DNA from: Candidatus Aenigmatarchaeota archaeon
GTDB taxonomy: Archaea; Aenigmatarchaeota; Aenigmatarchaeia; QMZP01; QMZT01
DNA length: 64,000 bases
Reading direction: 5' to 3'
Assembly: GCA_016932735.1 (NCBI GenBank)
Contig: JAFGCI010000006.1
Coordinates: 36,167 to 100,166 of the forward strand
The position numbers and the translations under genes are program-made. Positions within the stretch are counted from its first letter, which is position 1. Every line of letters starts with the position of its first letter. The notes beneath the pieces were generated by a model. It searched no databases. It saw only the letters and a program-made list of their open reading frames with translations, and was not told the origin of the DNA. Shown piece by piece: positions 46,120 through 57,021 of this stretch.

Positions 46120-46120
46120 T

Positions 46121-47197
46121 TTATTCTTCCCATTCTTCCAGCAATTCCTTCTGCTTCTTAGATAATTTATCAGGGACTTTAACTATAACCCTTACCAGCT
46201 GGTCGCCCCGTTTCCATGAATTGACGCCTTTGATACCCTTTCCTTTGAGCTTGAAGAGCGTGTGGCTCTGGGTTCCGGCCGGGACTTTTATCTCCGCTTC
46301 GCCTTCAAGTGTCGGAACGGTGATTTTTGTTCCTAATGCCGCCTCAGGGAAGCTTATCTCTTTTTCAATATAAATTATGTCACCCTCTCTTCTGAAGATA
46401 TCATCTTCTTCGACATAGACGCTCACATACAGGTCTCCTGCATCTCCGTTCGGAATCCTGTTTCCCTCTCCGCGAAGCCTCAGGGTGAATCCGTCGTCAA
46501 CACCTTCGGGAATCTTAATCTTGATTTTTTTCTTAGTTCTCAGCCTTCCCTGTCCTCTGCATTCTTTACAGGGATAGGTTACTATATGACCTTCGCCCCT
46601 GCATTTCGGGCAAGTGGAAACAGTCGTGAAAGCGCCGAAAGGCGTCCGCTGGACAATTTTCATCTGCCCTGTCCCGTTGCACTGAGGGCATTTCTCCGGC
46701 TCATGACCTTTCTCTGACCGGCTTCCTTTGCATTTCGGACATGTATCAAAGATGTGAGCTTCTATCTCTTTCTCCGTTCCAAAGGCCGCTTCTTTCAGGG
46801 TTATATGCATATTATATTCAAGGTCTTCGCCCTTCGGTCTCTGCGGGCTTCCTCCGAATCCGTGGCCGAAGAATGAGCTGAATATGTCTTCAAAGCCTCC
46901 GCCGAAGCCGAAATTCTTGAAAATGTCCTCAAAATTCGCTCCGCGGAATATGTCCTCCTCGGTGTACTGGCTGTCTATCCCTGCATGTCCGTACTGGTCA
47001 TACTGGGCTTTCTTTTTCTCGTCTGAAAGAACTGCGTATGCCTCTGAAATCTCCTTGAATTTCTCTTCAGCATTCGGGTCTTTGGAGACGTCCGGATGAT
47101 TCTGCATGGCCAGCTTTCGGTAGGCCTTCTTTATCTCTTCCTTTGAAGCTTCCTTTGAAACTCCTAGAATCTCGTAATAATCACGTTTCACTGTCAT
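46121..47197 (-). CDS. dnaJ: chaperone DnaJ (Hsp40)
   Basis: J-domain '[31 protein letters not shown]', G/F region and four CxxCxGxG zinc repeats. Confidence 0.9.
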   Translation of the reverse strand: MTVKRDYYEILGVSKEASKEEIKKAYRKLAMQNHPDVSKDPNAEEKFKEISEAYAVLSDEKKKAQYDQYGHAGIDSQYTEEDIFRGANFEDIFKNFGFGGGFEDIFSSFFGHGFGGSPQRPKGEDLEYNMHITLKEAAFGTEKEIEAHIFDTCPKCKGSRSEKGHEPEKCPQCNGTGQMKIVQRTPFGAFTTVSTCPKCRGEGHIVTYPCKECRGQGRLRTKKKIKIKIPEGVDDGFTLRLRGEGNRIPNGDAGDLYVSVYVEEDDIFRREGDIIYIEKEISFPEAALGTKITVPTLEGEAEIKVPAGTQSHTLFKLKGKGIKGVNSWKRGDQLVRVIVKVPDKLSKKQKELLEEWEE

Positions 47198-47263
47198 TAA
47201 TAACCGCCATGAGTATTGGTAATAGCCAATCTGTATATATGTACTGGGAATTTTTAAAAGAAA

Positions 47264-47542
47264 CTAACGCCGTCTTGTCCATCCATTTCCGGTTGTCAGT
47301 ATATATGGTACTACACTTCCCATATTTGCATTTTCTTTTTGTTTCATTATTGCAGAAAATGCGCGATATGCTTCCGTTTCTTTTGCTTTCGGAGCGCATC
47401 CGGAACATGCAACATATTCTCTTGATTTATTGTCCCTATATGATACTGCAGGTATCTGGTTCTCAAAATGATTGCCACAGAAATCGCAGGTATAATTTCT
47501 CATGTCGCTGTTCCCGCTTATAGGCTTCTTGTCTCTTGGCAT
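47264..47542 (-). CDS. hypothetical zinc-ribbon protein (92 aa)
   Basis: CDFCG...CSGC. Confidence 0.35.
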   Translation of the reverse strand: MPRDKKPISGNSDMRNYTCDFCGNHFENQIPAVSYRDNKSREYVACSGCAPKAKETEAYRAFSAIMKQKENANMGSVVPYILTTGNGWTRRR

Positions 47543-47601
47543 AAGTTAGATTAATAGAAGGTTAAGAATTAAAATCAATCGTTTTCTCATAAACATTCTG
47601 T

Positions 47602-47817
47602 TCAATCATCAAGAGTATTAAAATCCAGATCCATTTCAAACTTTGCGTGTTTTCTTATCATATTATACAACTCAAGCTCGCCTCCGCTAAAATTATCAAC
47701 GCATTTTTTACAGTATTCTTGAGAGCCGTTTCTGAATTCCGGCGGTCTCTGATAAAATTTTCCGCACTTGAAACATATATATTGTCCCTTTCCTGGTTTT
47801 CTTTCCTCATTTCCCAT
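47602..47817 (-). CDS. hypothetical zinc-ribbon protein (71 aa)
   Basis: CFKCG...CKKC. Confidence 0.35.
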   Translation of the reverse strand: MGNEERKPGKGQYICFKCGKFYQRPPEFRNGSQEYCKKCVDNFSGGELELYNMIRKHAKFEMDLDFNTLDD

Positions 47818-47909
47818 AAAAGCACTTGAATAAAAATGAGCACAATCTATATATTTTCTGTCTGTTCCATGAAATCCTATTTAAGAGTTTTCAGGAAATA
47901 ATTAATTGA

Positions 47910-48410
47910 ATGAGCAAGAGAGGCGAAAGACAGCTACTTATTGCCGGCATCGATGTCGGGTTGCATACAGGCGTTGCGCTGCTCGACTTGGACGGAGAGA
48001 TAATATTTCTTGAGAGCGTTTATTCTCCAACGATGTCCTACATCACAAACACCATTTCAAAGCACGGCAACGTAATCTCGATTTCGACTGACAGGGAGAA
48101 GACTCCCGCAAAGGCCAGGAAAATAGCATCCGCGCTCGGAACGAGCATCCTCGCTCCTATGAAAAATATGACCAACAAGAAGAAGAGGATTCTCATAGAA
48201 AGCTTCACCAGACAGGAAAAGCTCAAGCTTGATTCGCACCAGAAGGCGGCGCTTGCGTCAGCGATATTCGCATACAGGAACTATACTCCGCGCCTGAAGA
48301 AACTCAGGGAAAGACTTGAGAAAGAGAGATTGCCTGAACGCTACGAGGAAATCAGGGAAGATTTCCTGCTCGGGAGATACAGGCTTTCCGAAGAGCTGAA
48401 GAACATTTAG
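47910..48410 (+). CDS. RNase H-like fold protein (YqgF/RuvC-like, archaeal DUF460-type)
   Basis: N-terminal 'LLIAGIDVGLHTGVALLDLDGEII' resembles the first acidic motif of RuvC/YqgF-like nucleases. Confidence 0.45.
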   Translation: MSKRGERQLLIAGIDVGLHTGVALLDLDGEIIFLESVYSPTMSYITNTISKHGNVISISTDREKTPAKARKIASALGTSILAPMKNMTNKKKRILIESFTRQEKLKLDSHQKAALASAIFAYRNYTPRLKKLRERLEKERLPERYEEIREDFLLGRYRLSEELKNI

Positions 48411-48415
48411 AAAGT

Positions 48416-50179
48416 TCACATCTTTGATATAGCATCAAACAGCTCTTTTGCAGAGGCCTGCGGCCCGTCCGTTTCAAAACCAGGAATACCAAGTCTTGTT
48501 CTAAGATGACCTATGAAGGTTCCTGACTCGAAAACGGTCTTAAAATATTTCTGTGCAAGAGGCCCGCATATTTTTTTGTACTGTAGAGGACCGAACGGAT
48601 TTGCATAATAAGAATCCGTTATTCCCTTTTCTCCTGTCGTTCCTTTGGCCATTCTTGCGCTTGTCCTGAAAATGTCAATTATCTTTTCAAACGATTCGAA
48701 CCTCTCAAGAATCGGATGGTCGTCGTCTATGTTTTCATAGTTGTTTGCATAAAGAAGGAAGTCTATTGTATGTCCTCTTGAGACTTCTTCCTGAGTCGTA
48801 ATCGGAATGACCGCCCTTGCATTTATCTTCTGAGGGCTGTGTATAATAGCCCTGTCCATGTTACCGAAAGCGAATCCGGGTTGCAGGTCGTCGAGACGGA
48901 CAAATGCTCCCGTCTCCGTTCCGTAGGCTCTCACCTTTCCATCCTTTCCTATATCAAGCGAGCCCATATCATCAAAAACAACTGTCATGTCTCTTATGTA
49001 TTTGTCTCCAAGAACCCTGAATGCTTCCAGCGTCTCGGATTTTCCTGTGCCTGTGTCACCCCAGATAAGAATGTTTGCAGATTTCCCGTTTTTCAGGGAG
49101 ATTCTGGTCATCGCCCCGTGAACCGGGAGTCTTCCTCTTTTTATGGAAACAGAGTTATGGAGTGTCAGCATCATCTTCTTCAGATAGCCGAAATAACCGA
49201 ACCTGTCGCCTATTGGAACAGCTCCGACCAATACTCCTGTCTCCTTGTCATCATAAAAAACAGTTGGCGGGTCGCCGTATTTTTCCAGTTTTTTCAATGG
49301 GACGCCGTAAGCATAGATTGCATCCGGCTTTTTCTTAAGGTCGTTCTCGTCTGCAAGGTCGAAAAGGTTCGCAAGCGAACCGCCAAGTCCTATGAACTCT
49401 ATGTTAAAGAAAACATAAACGACTGTATCAAATATCTTTGCAGGATAACATAACCATTCCCCATTATTGAAATCGACTCCTTCTATAGGGTTCGTGTCGA
49501 CTTTCTGTATGAATCCTATCCTTTTGTTCATCGGAGGGTCAAGGATAAGAGGAGGCGACATGTACATCTGCCTTACAACAGGTATATTTTTTACTGCATT
49601 GTATTTTTCAGGGCACGGCCAGTTCTTCTCCACCGCGATAAATCCCATCGGGCATCCTGCAGCGACCTGTCTGTATATCCTTGGATGGTCGCCTGTAATA
49701 TTTTCCCTTATGTCCCTGTAGACCTTCCTGACCAGATGATCGAGCCATTCGACAGTGTCGTTGAAAATTCTGAAAGGCTTTTCATCGATTGGCTGCATCT
49801 CTCCATTCTTTGTAAACTGGACAAAGAACCTTTCATGTCCTCTCCAGAAGTTATATAGATGTTCCACGAACTGGTCGATTAGGTAAGTGTCCTTGAAAAA
49901 ATGAGCGCTTTCAGGCCATTTTTCCATTACTTTATCGCTCTTCTCTTCCGAGAGCATCTGCAGAAGCTTCAGAATCATTTCATACTTTTTGGCGTCTGTT
50001 TTGCCTTCTGGGAAGACTTCAAGAAAAACAGAATTGGTGTCTTTCAGGTGCTCCAGATATCTTCTAAGACCCTCCCTGAAAAGGGATGAGCTAAGAAGCC
50101 CCGAGGCTGTTCTTGGAACCTCGCCTTCATTGAAAATGATGGCCTGCTTTCCGTGGAAAGCGAATTTTTTCATTTCCAT
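48416..50179 (-). CDS. PEPCK/HprK-fold P-loop protein (ATP-PEPCK-like), function unknown
   Basis: Segment 'FGYLKKMMLTLHNSVSIKRGRLPVHGAMTRISLKNGKSANILIWGDTGTGKSETL...VVFDDMG' parallels the ATP-PEPCK kinase-1a region '[52 protein letters not shown]...IGDDEHGW', recalled from memory. 587 aa. Confidence 0.5.
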   Translation of the reverse strand: MEMKKFAFHGKQAIIFNEGEVPRTASGLLSSSLFREGLRRYLEHLKDTNSVFLEVFPEGKTDAKKYEMILKLLQMLSEEKSDKVMEKWPESAHFFKDTYLIDQFVEHLYNFWRGHERFFVQFTKNGEMQPIDEKPFRIFNDTVEWLDHLVRKVYRDIRENITGDHPRIYRQVAAGCPMGFIAVEKNWPCPEKYNAVKNIPVVRQMYMSPPLILDPPMNKRIGFIQKVDTNPIEGVDFNNGEWLCYPAKIFDTVVYVFFNIEFIGLGGSLANLFDLADENDLKKKPDAIYAYGVPLKKLEKYGDPPTVFYDDKETGVLVGAVPIGDRFGYFGYLKKMMLTLHNSVSIKRGRLPVHGAMTRISLKNGKSANILIWGDTGTGKSETLEAFRVLGDKYIRDMTVVFDDMGSLDIGKDGKVRAYGTETGAFVRLDDLQPGFAFGNMDRAIIHSPQKINARAVIPITTQEEVSRGHTIDFLLYANNYENIDDDHPILERFESFEKIIDIFRTSARMAKGTTGEKGITDSYYANPFGPLQYKKICGPLAQKYFKTVFESGTFIGHLRTRLGIPGFETDGPQASAKELFDAISKM

Positions 50180-50281
50180 AAGTGGTAATATTTGAGATTA
50201 AAGACTATAAACGTTTGTATAGAACCTACATAAATGCTTAAAAAAGTTATTTTCAATATCACTGAACAATGATGTGATTTT

Positions 50282-50551
50282 ATGTTTTCGATGGACCCGC
50301 TTTTCACGGCTGCTCAATATTTTCAACTGAGGAAAAGATACAGAAACAACCCCGACTACGTATCTGAACAGGCAGCAAGATATCTGGAAATACTGAAACA
50401 GAAAAAAGAATTGCCAAATCTTCATGACAGAAATGTTATGCGGTTCATGGGAAGAAGAGATGAAAATTTCATGCATGTTTATATAGACAAGCTTCTCGGT
50501 ATGAATGGTAACAGAGAAGCTACAAAAGAAATAAGGAGATTGCTCCGTTGA
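50282..50551 (+). CDS. hypothetical small protein (89 aa)
   Basis: ORF only. Confidence 0.3.
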   Translation: MFSMDPLFTAAQYFQLRKRYRNNPDYVSEQAARYLEILKQKKELPNLHDRNVMRFMGRRDENFMHVYIDKLLGMNGNREATKEIRRLLR

Positions 50552-50573
50552 TTTTAAAGAAAAAAAGAAAGGA

Positions 50574-52448
50574 TTATTTTTTATCCTTCTTATCATCCTT
50601 GACTTCTTCATAATCGGCGTCTACGACTTTTTCGTCTTTTTTCTTGTCCTTTTTATCTTCTCCGCCGGGAGCACTTCCTGCAGCCTGCTGGGCAGCTGCC
50701 GCTTCCTGATAAATCTGGGCACCGATTTCCTGAAGCTTCTTTGAAAACTCCTCAGTTTTTTTCTTTATTTCTTCAACGTTCTTTTTCTCCATTACATCCT
50801 TAAGCTCTTTTGTCATGTCCTGGATTGTCTTCTTCTTGTCCTCGGAAAGCTTTTCACCCATCTCTGAAATAAGTTTCTCTCCGGCATAGACAGTTGATTC
50901 AGCAGTGTTCATTATTTCAATCTCTTCTTTTTTCTTCTCGTCTTCTGCCTTGTGCTTTTCAGCGTCCTTTACCATCCTGTCAATCTCTTCGTCGGATAAT
51001 TTTGTCGAGGCGCTTATCGTAATCTTTTGCTCCTTGTTGGTTGCCTTGTCTTTTGCGGTGACGTTTATGATTCCGTTTGAATCTATGTCAAATGTTACTT
51101 CAATCTGCGGTATACCTCTCGGAGCAGGCGGAATTCCCGTCAGGTTGAACATTCCGAGGCTCGTGTTATCGGCCGCCATCGGCCTTTCTCCCTGCATTGC
51201 ATGAATTGTCACTGCAGTCTGATTGTCTGCCGCAGTCGAGAATATCTTGCTTTTCTTTGTCGGAATCGTTGTGTTCCTTGGAATCAGCTCAGTGAATACT
51301 CCCCCAAGGGTCTCGATTCCGAGCGTCAGCGGCGTGACATCAAGAAGGACAACGTCCTTTATGTCTCCGGCAAGTATTGCTCCCTGGACGGCGGCGCCTG
51401 TGGAAACGCATTCCATGGGGTCAACGCCTCTTTCGAGAGGTTTTCTGATGTAATTTTCAACATATTTCTGAACAGCGGGCATTCTCGTGGGACCGCCAAC
51501 CATTATGACCTTTCCGACATCTGTTTTGCTCATCTTTGCATCCTTTAATGCCTGATCTATTGATTTTCCGCATTTCTCTATAAGCGGGCTTACAAGCTCT
51601 TCGAGCTTTGCTCTTGTAAGCTTCCTGTTCATATGTTTAGGCCCAGAAGCATCCGCTGTTATGTAAGGAAGGTTGATTTCTGTCTCCATGACTGTCGATA
51701 ATTCTATTTTTGCCTTCTCAGCGGCTTCCCGAAACCTCTGCATCGCCATAGTGTCCTTGGAGATATCGGCGCCAGATTCCTTTTTGAAATCTTCGATGAG
51801 GAAATCCACGAGTACCTTGTCCATGTCTGTTCCGCCGAGCTGCGTATCCCCTGAAGTCGATTTCACCTCGAAGACTCCGTCTCCGAACTCAAGTATTGTT
51901 ACATCAAGGGTTCCCCCGCCGAAGTCGAAGACAAGAATCTTATGCTCCCCCTCCTTGTCAAGCCCGAACGCTAAGGAAGCTGCTGTCGGCTCGTTTATAA
52001 TTCTGACAACATCAAGCCCTGCTATCTTTCCTGCATCTTTAGTTGCCTGGCGCTGATTGTCATTGAAATATGCAGGGACGGTTATTACAGCTTTCTTTAC
52101 TTCCTCGCCTATGAAAGCCTCTGCATCCTTCTTTATCTTCTGGAGGATGTAAGCTGAAATCTGCTGGGGTGTGTATTCCTTTCCATAAATCTTGAACTTA
52201 TGGTCGGTTCCCATCTTCCTCTTGGCCGCCATCACGGTTCCTTCAGAGTTGGTGACGGCCTGCCTTCTTGCAGGCTCCCCGACGAGAAGCTGCCCGTCTT
52301 TTGTGAAGGCGACAACCGACGGGAATGCCTTCCCGTACATCGTGTTTCCTTCAGCGCTCGGAATGATGGTCGGCTTTCCGCCCATCATAACAGATGCTGC
52401 CGAATTCGAAGTTCCTAAATCAATTCCAATAATTTTTTCTTTTCCCAT
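50574..52448 (-). CDS. dnaK: chaperone DnaK (Hsp70)
   Basis: '[15 protein letters not shown]', 'DLGGGTFDV'-type motifs and a C-terminal EEVD-like acidic tail. Confidence 0.95.
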   Translation of the reverse strand: MGKEKIIGIDLGTSNSAASVMMGGKPTIIPSAEGNTMYGKAFPSVVAFTKDGQLLVGEPARRQAVTNSEGTVMAAKRKMGTDHKFKIYGKEYTPQQISAYILQKIKKDAEAFIGEEVKKAVITVPAYFNDNQRQATKDAGKIAGLDVVRIINEPTAASLAFGLDKEGEHKILVFDFGGGTLDVTILEFGDGVFEVKSTSGDTQLGGTDMDKVLVDFLIEDFKKESGADISKDTMAMQRFREAAEKAKIELSTVMETEINLPYITADASGPKHMNRKLTRAKLEELVSPLIEKCGKSIDQALKDAKMSKTDVGKVIMVGGPTRMPAVQKYVENYIRKPLERGVDPMECVSTGAAVQGAILAGDIKDVVLLDVTPLTLGIETLGGVFTELIPRNTTIPTKKSKIFSTAADNQTAVTIHAMQGERPMAADNTSLGMFNLTGIPPAPRGIPQIEVTFDIDSNGIINVTAKDKATNKEQKITISASTKLSDEEIDRMVKDAEKHKAEDEKKKEEIEIMNTAESTVYAGEKLISEMGEKLSEDKKKTIQDMTKELKDVMEKKNVEEIKKKTEEFSKKLQEIGAQIYQEAAAAQQAAGSAPGGEDKKDKKKDEKVVDADYEEVKDDKKDKK

Positions 52449-52557
52449 AAAACCACCTCTTGAAAGATATGTCTAATCGTAAAATTTGCTTTAATTAATT
52501 ATAGAAGATATTTATAAGTTTTATTAAACTGAGTTCTCTGAAATTAGAAAGAATATA

Positions 52558-53604
52558 TCAATTTTGACCCCATTCAAACAATCTCATTATGAACTCATCT
52601 GGTTTCTTTTCCCTTTGGTACGCAGTTTCGGCAAAACGCAGAAAGTTTTCAACCTGTTCGACTGGTCTTTCCATTATCTGATGCGTCCTATTAGAGATGT
52701 TAGTGACGAGGAAAGGCAAACTTGGAATTCCATACTTCCTTATAGATTTCTCTATCAATTGTCTTAAAATAGAATCATAATAACCTCTTTCGTGACCGTT
52801 TTCAAGGCTGTGAAGACCTCCTAAAACACTCTGTGTTACTTGGACTGTTCTGAACGGGCATTCAGATCGGGATATCTCTATGATTGAATCAAAATTAAGA
52901 TCTTCTGGCCTTACAAGTTGCTTTTTTCTGGAAATCCTTTTCTCTTGTCTGCTCTTATAAAGCAGCTTTTCTACCAGTTCCGGTCTTACACAAAACAATT
53001 CTCTGCTTTTGAAAGGCAATTTCTTATAATCGACGCCCTCTATTATTTCTCCTTTATCTCTCATATCTTTAAATCTTGTCGAAACTGTGTATGAGGATAT
53101 TCCTTTATCATCAAACGCCGGATCATGTAAATAAAGAGTCGCTACTGGATAGAAACCGTCAATTTCTTTCGGAGTTTTTAATTCATTCAGATTTTTCTTT
53201 ACAAGTTTGACTGTTTCTGGTGTATCTTTAACATAATCATATCTTCCTTCAGCATCAGTATACAGCTTCAAAAGGCCTTTCTGATAGAGAAGCCTTATCT
53301 TGGTCCTCGCCTGTGTTCTGGACATACCGGTTTTTTTTCCAAGCTCTCTACAGGACAGGAAACCATTTTCATGTGGAGCAGGTCTTGTTGATCTTGTTAC
53401 TGGGTAAGAAATAGAGTCAATATCATCAACGTTAATATACAACGACACTCCTCCATTTGGCCCCTTTCGGGGTATATTTATCCTATCAACGTGCAATTTT
53501 CTTTTGGCTATTCTCGAGACAAATACATCGTACGGTATGAATTTTTCTTCTGCTAATTGCCTAGCATTTACATATTTTTTGCCATCTATGAGTAGATATT
53601 CCAT
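52558..53604 (-). CDS. hypothetical protein (348 aa)
   Basis: ORF between dnaK and the DRG GTPase gene. Confidence 0.45.
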   Translation of the reverse strand: MEYLLIDGKKYVNARQLAEEKFIPYDVFVSRIAKRKLHVDRINIPRKGPNGGVSLYINVDDIDSISYPVTRSTRPAPHENGFLSCRELGKKTGMSRTQARTKIRLLYQKGLLKLYTDAEGRYDYVKDTPETVKLVKKNLNELKTPKEIDGFYPVATLYLHDPAFDDKGISSYTVSTRFKDMRDKGEIIEGVDYKKLPFKSRELFCVRPELVEKLLYKSRQEKRISRKKQLVRPEDLNFDSIIEISRSECPFRTVQVTQSVLGGLHSLENGHERGYYDSILRQLIEKSIRKYGIPSLPFLVTNISNRTHQIMERPVEQVENFLRFAETAYQREKKPDEFIMRLFEWGQN

Positions 53605-53661
53605 AAATAAAAATGATAGTAAGAATTAAAAAAATATCTTTTATGTGGGTTTTCAGGCGAC

Positions 53662-54792
53662 TCATCTCTCCATATGGAACTCGACGACGTCCTCATCCTG
53701 AAGGATTTGCTCGAAGCCGACTTCCTGCCCCGGGAACCTCGCAGACTTCCCCCAAATCTTTGCGAACTTAAACTTGTTCGCCCATTCCTTATGAATCTTT
53801 TCGCAGACGTCCTTTACAGTGACGCCTTCTTTCATTATGAGCGGCTCCTTCTTATCTGCTTCCTTTCCCAGTCTTTTCATATAAACGCGGACAAAGCCAA
53901 GAGCCCTCCAGACGCCTTCCCTGATGGCGTCAATGTTCTCCTTCTCGGTTGCAGATACAAACAGAGCGCCTTTGAACCTGCTGCTGAGGCTTCTCATTTC
54001 CGCCTGTGACAGGAGGTCAACCTTGTTCACGACGGGAAGCGCCCTTACATATATCCTATTGCCCTGAACGGCGTCTATGAGCCTGTCTATGTTTATATCC
54101 TCCCTGATGACGATTTCCGCATTTAAGAGCTTCATTTCCATAAGGATCTCCTTTATCATGTCCTTAGGGAGGCTGTCCTTTCCGCGGGCGACTGTCTGTA
54201 TATGGAGACCGCCGTCTATCTTCTTATGTATGAAGACTTCCGGAGGCTTCTCGTTCAGCCTGAAACCTGCATCATGAAGCTCTTTGCTGAGGATTTCGTA
54301 CTGCGCTTCCGCCTTTTTGGAATCAAGAACCATTATCACCAGGTCGGCGTTCCTGACGACTGCCAGGATCTCCTTTCCGCGGCCTTTGCCGGAAGCGACG
54401 CCTTCAATGATGCCAGGAACGTCCAGAATCTGGATTTTTGCTCCCCTGTACTCAAGCACGCCGGGAATCACGTCAATGGTGGTAAAATCATAGGCTCCGA
54501 CCTTGGAATCGGCATTAGTGATGACATTAAGAAGGCTCGACTTTCCGACTGACGGGAATCCTACGAGAAGTACTGTAGCATCGCCGGATTTCCGGAGCCC
54601 GTACCCGTATCCTCTGGCACCGCCAGATTTCGCTTTTTTGTCCTTCTCCTTGAGCATGGCGAGCTTTGCCTTGAGCTTGCCTATGTGGAACTGGGTATGC
54701 TTGTTGTATTTTGTATTTTTGAGTTCCTCCTCAATCTGCTCGATTTCTGACTTTGGCTCCTCTTCCTTGGGCATATTAGTAAGAATACGCAA
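53662..54792 (-). CDS. DRG/Obg-family GTPase with C-terminal TGS domain
   Basis: G1 'GFPSVGKSSLLN', G3 'DVPGIIEG', G4 'NKVD' and a C-terminal TGS-like region. Confidence 0.8.
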   Translation of the reverse strand: MRILTNMPKEEEPKSEIEQIEEELKNTKYNKHTQFHIGKLKAKLAMLKEKDKKAKSGGARGYGYGLRKSGDATVLLVGFPSVGKSSLLNVITNADSKVGAYDFTTIDVIPGVLEYRGAKIQILDVPGIIEGVASGKGRGKEILAVVRNADLVIMVLDSKKAEAQYEILSKELHDAGFRLNEKPPEVFIHKKIDGGLHIQTVARGKDSLPKDMIKEILMEMKLLNAEIVIREDINIDRLIDAVQGNRIYVRALPVVNKVDLLSQAEMRSLSSRFKGALFVSATEKENIDAIREGVWRALGFVRVYMKRLGKEADKKEPLIMKEGVTVKDVCEKIHKEWANKFKFAKIWGKSARFPGQEVGFEQILQDEDVVEFHMER

Positions 54793-54821
54793 GTTTAAAT
54801 TTAAAGAAGTGTAGTTTTGAA

Positions 54822-56141
54822 ATGTTTTTAAATCTAATACTACATAATAGTAGTATATTTATGAAGAGAGTATTCAGATATCTGAGAAATGGTATATTAG
54901 CCCTGACTTTGACAGCTGCAGCTGTAAAAAGTTACCACCTATCTGAATATGGGTCTTTCAGGAACCCAAAATACAGTATAATCCGGACAGATAATCAGAG
55001 CAAACCCTTTACATATTCTCAGATACTTTCTGATTATGAACAGTGTTTGGATAAAAGATTACTTGACTATGGTAACGGTAAAGAAATCTTCCTAAATAGA
55101 TGTAGACGCATAGAAGATACGAACAAGACCGTTAGAGATTCAATAAATTTCTCTTCAATAAATAACAGATTCTCATCTTTGTTAGGTTATCTAAAAAATT
55201 TTCCTAAGGATTCACTTGATATAATTTCCATTTCTAAATCACAGAAAAGGATGGAAGAATTCATAGACTCAATAAGTGCATTAGAATCTATAGAATACGA
55301 TCTCAAAGATCGCGCATCTATTGATAATTGGTTTAAAACAACCGCATCATGTCTTGATTCAGAGAAAGTGTGTGACTCAACGGTCCCTAATTCCGAGCTT
55401 ATAAAAGGAAATGCAAATCTTATTCAGAAAATGACAGGAAAGAATAAGCCAAGAAGTCTGTGCCAGATAATATCGGATAATAAAATACTTCTTAAGGGTG
55501 CATCAGGACGTTTTTATCCATTTCTTATTATATCAGGTACTTATAATGGTGAGAATGCTCATAAAGAAGAATATATAAGCGGAGCACTGGCACATGAAAC
55601 AGGTCACGCCTTGGCAAACCATCACGAGGGCAGAATATTAGATTTCATATTTAATGCAAAGAAAGTAAATGCAATGGAAGAGGCATGTGCATTTCTTTTT
55701 GAGAAATCTTCTTATGATTTTTTGGATGACGAATCAATTAAACCGTCTATTAAAAGGAACATCGTTAAAAAAACATTTCGACATTGTGATAATTTCTATC
55801 GCGATGATTCAAGACAACACCATGACTGGGGAATGGCTGTCGCAGACGCAACAGCAGAATATTTTGGAAGTTATCAAAAAGCATTCAATTACCTTCAGGA
55901 AACAAAAATGAGTGAGCTTGAACCGGGCATAATAGATATAATAGAGAGAAACAGGAGCAGATACAAAAGAATTCAGGAGAAGACGAGAAAGGATCCTTTC
56001 TTGGAACTGTTTGAATCGAGAAATGGGGAGATTCAGGAAATAAGACAGGATTTAGAAGAAATAAAACAAAAGTATTATGATTCTATCAAAAGATTTGGTT
56101 CACAAAGATTGGATAAAGAAAATGAGGAAAAGGATAATTAA
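54822..56141 (+). CDS. putative zinc metallopeptidase-like protein (HExxH) with N-terminal hydrophobic anchor
   Basis: 'GALAHETGHALANHHEG' contains HExxH. The N-terminus has 'GILALTLTAAAV'. Confidence 0.45.
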   Translation: MFLNLILHNSSIFMKRVFRYLRNGILALTLTAAAVKSYHLSEYGSFRNPKYSIIRTDNQSKPFTYSQILSDYEQCLDKRLLDYGNGKEIFLNRCRRIEDTNKTVRDSINFSSINNRFSSLLGYLKNFPKDSLDIISISKSQKRMEEFIDSISALESIEYDLKDRASIDNWFKTTASCLDSEKVCDSTVPNSELIKGNANLIQKMTGKNKPRSLCQIISDNKILLKGASGRFYPFLIISGTYNGENAHKEEYISGALAHETGHALANHHEGRILDFIFNAKKVNAMEEACAFLFEKSSYDFLDDESIKPSIKRNIVKKTFRHCDNFYRDDSRQHHDWGMAVADATAEYFGSYQKAFNYLQETKMSELEPGIIDIIERNRSRYKRIQEKTRKDPFLELFESRNGEIQEIRQDLEEIKQKYYDSIKRFGSQRLDKENEEKDN

Positions 56142-56395
56142 TTCTGGATATGGGTATTTACTATTCAAATAAAATAAAAAACAAAAATAGCTTTAACAAA
56201 GAATTAAAAGCTGTTATCAATCTTCAGTTTCTTCTTTTGGTTTTGCAGATTTCTTCTTCTTTCCGAATAATTTTCCTAAGAATCCCATTCTCATCACTTT
56301 ATGAATATATGTGGACGCCAGTTTAAATCTGTGTTATAAAAGGAAATATACTTATTTTTACATAATATACCTATAAGATTCATTCGGGTGTTTTA

Positions 56396-56860
56396 ATGTC
56401 TGCCAAGAAATCTGAGCACAAACCAAAGAGCGATACAAAGGATTTTGAGAAGCTTCTCGAAGAGAAGGAAGAGCTAATAAAGCGCGTTCAGGCGGATTTC
56501 GACAACTACAGGAAGTTTGTCGATCGCGAGAAGAATAATATAGCTATTTCTGCGAGCTCGGAGATTATAAGAGACCTTCTTCCTGTCCTCGACGATATGG
56601 AAGCTGCGGTCAAAAATGAGAAAGACGAGACAATCCGGAAAGGCATTGAAGGCATACTCAGGAATATGTCCGATACGCTCAGGAAGCACGGCCTCCAGCA
56701 GATTGACTCCGTAGAACACAAATTCGACCCCCACCTGCACGAAGCCCTCATGAAGGAGAAGTCGGACAAGGAGGACGGAACCGTTCTTGAGGAGTTCCAG
56801 AAGGGATATATGCTTAATCACAGAGTCCTAAGGCATTCCAAGGTCAAGATTGCAGGATAA
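56396..56860 (+). CDS. grpE: nucleotide exchange factor GrpE
   Basis: 'RVQADFDNYRKFVDREK' and the C-terminal 'GYMLNHRVLRHSKVKIA' GrpE pattern. Confidence 0.85.
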   Translation: MSAKKSEHKPKSDTKDFEKLLEEKEELIKRVQADFDNYRKFVDREKNNIAISASSEIIRDLLPVLDDMEAAVKNEKDETIRKGIEGILRNMSDTLRKHGLQQIDSVEHKFDPHLHEALMKEKSDKEDGTVLEEFQKGYMLNHRVLRHSKVKIAG

Positions 56861-57021
56861 AAGGCTTATTTTATTGCTATTTTTAAATCTTTCTATTATT
56901 TCTAATTATATGTCACTCTAGAGTCAGAACAACCGAAAGGTTTATAAAGTTGGAGTCTAAATAATTGTCATAATTTACTATGAAATGGTAAAAAGAGATG
57001 AATAATTGGGGGTAAGAGACC

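Noticed and set aside
48839-49453. Plus-strand ORFs within the PEPCK-like gene; also antisense ORFs within dnaK (50905..52476), the DRG GTPase gene (53674..54814) and the surface protein genes (57917..58159, 59366..61303)
   Set aside because: Overlap stronger opposite-strand genes with recognisable motifs.
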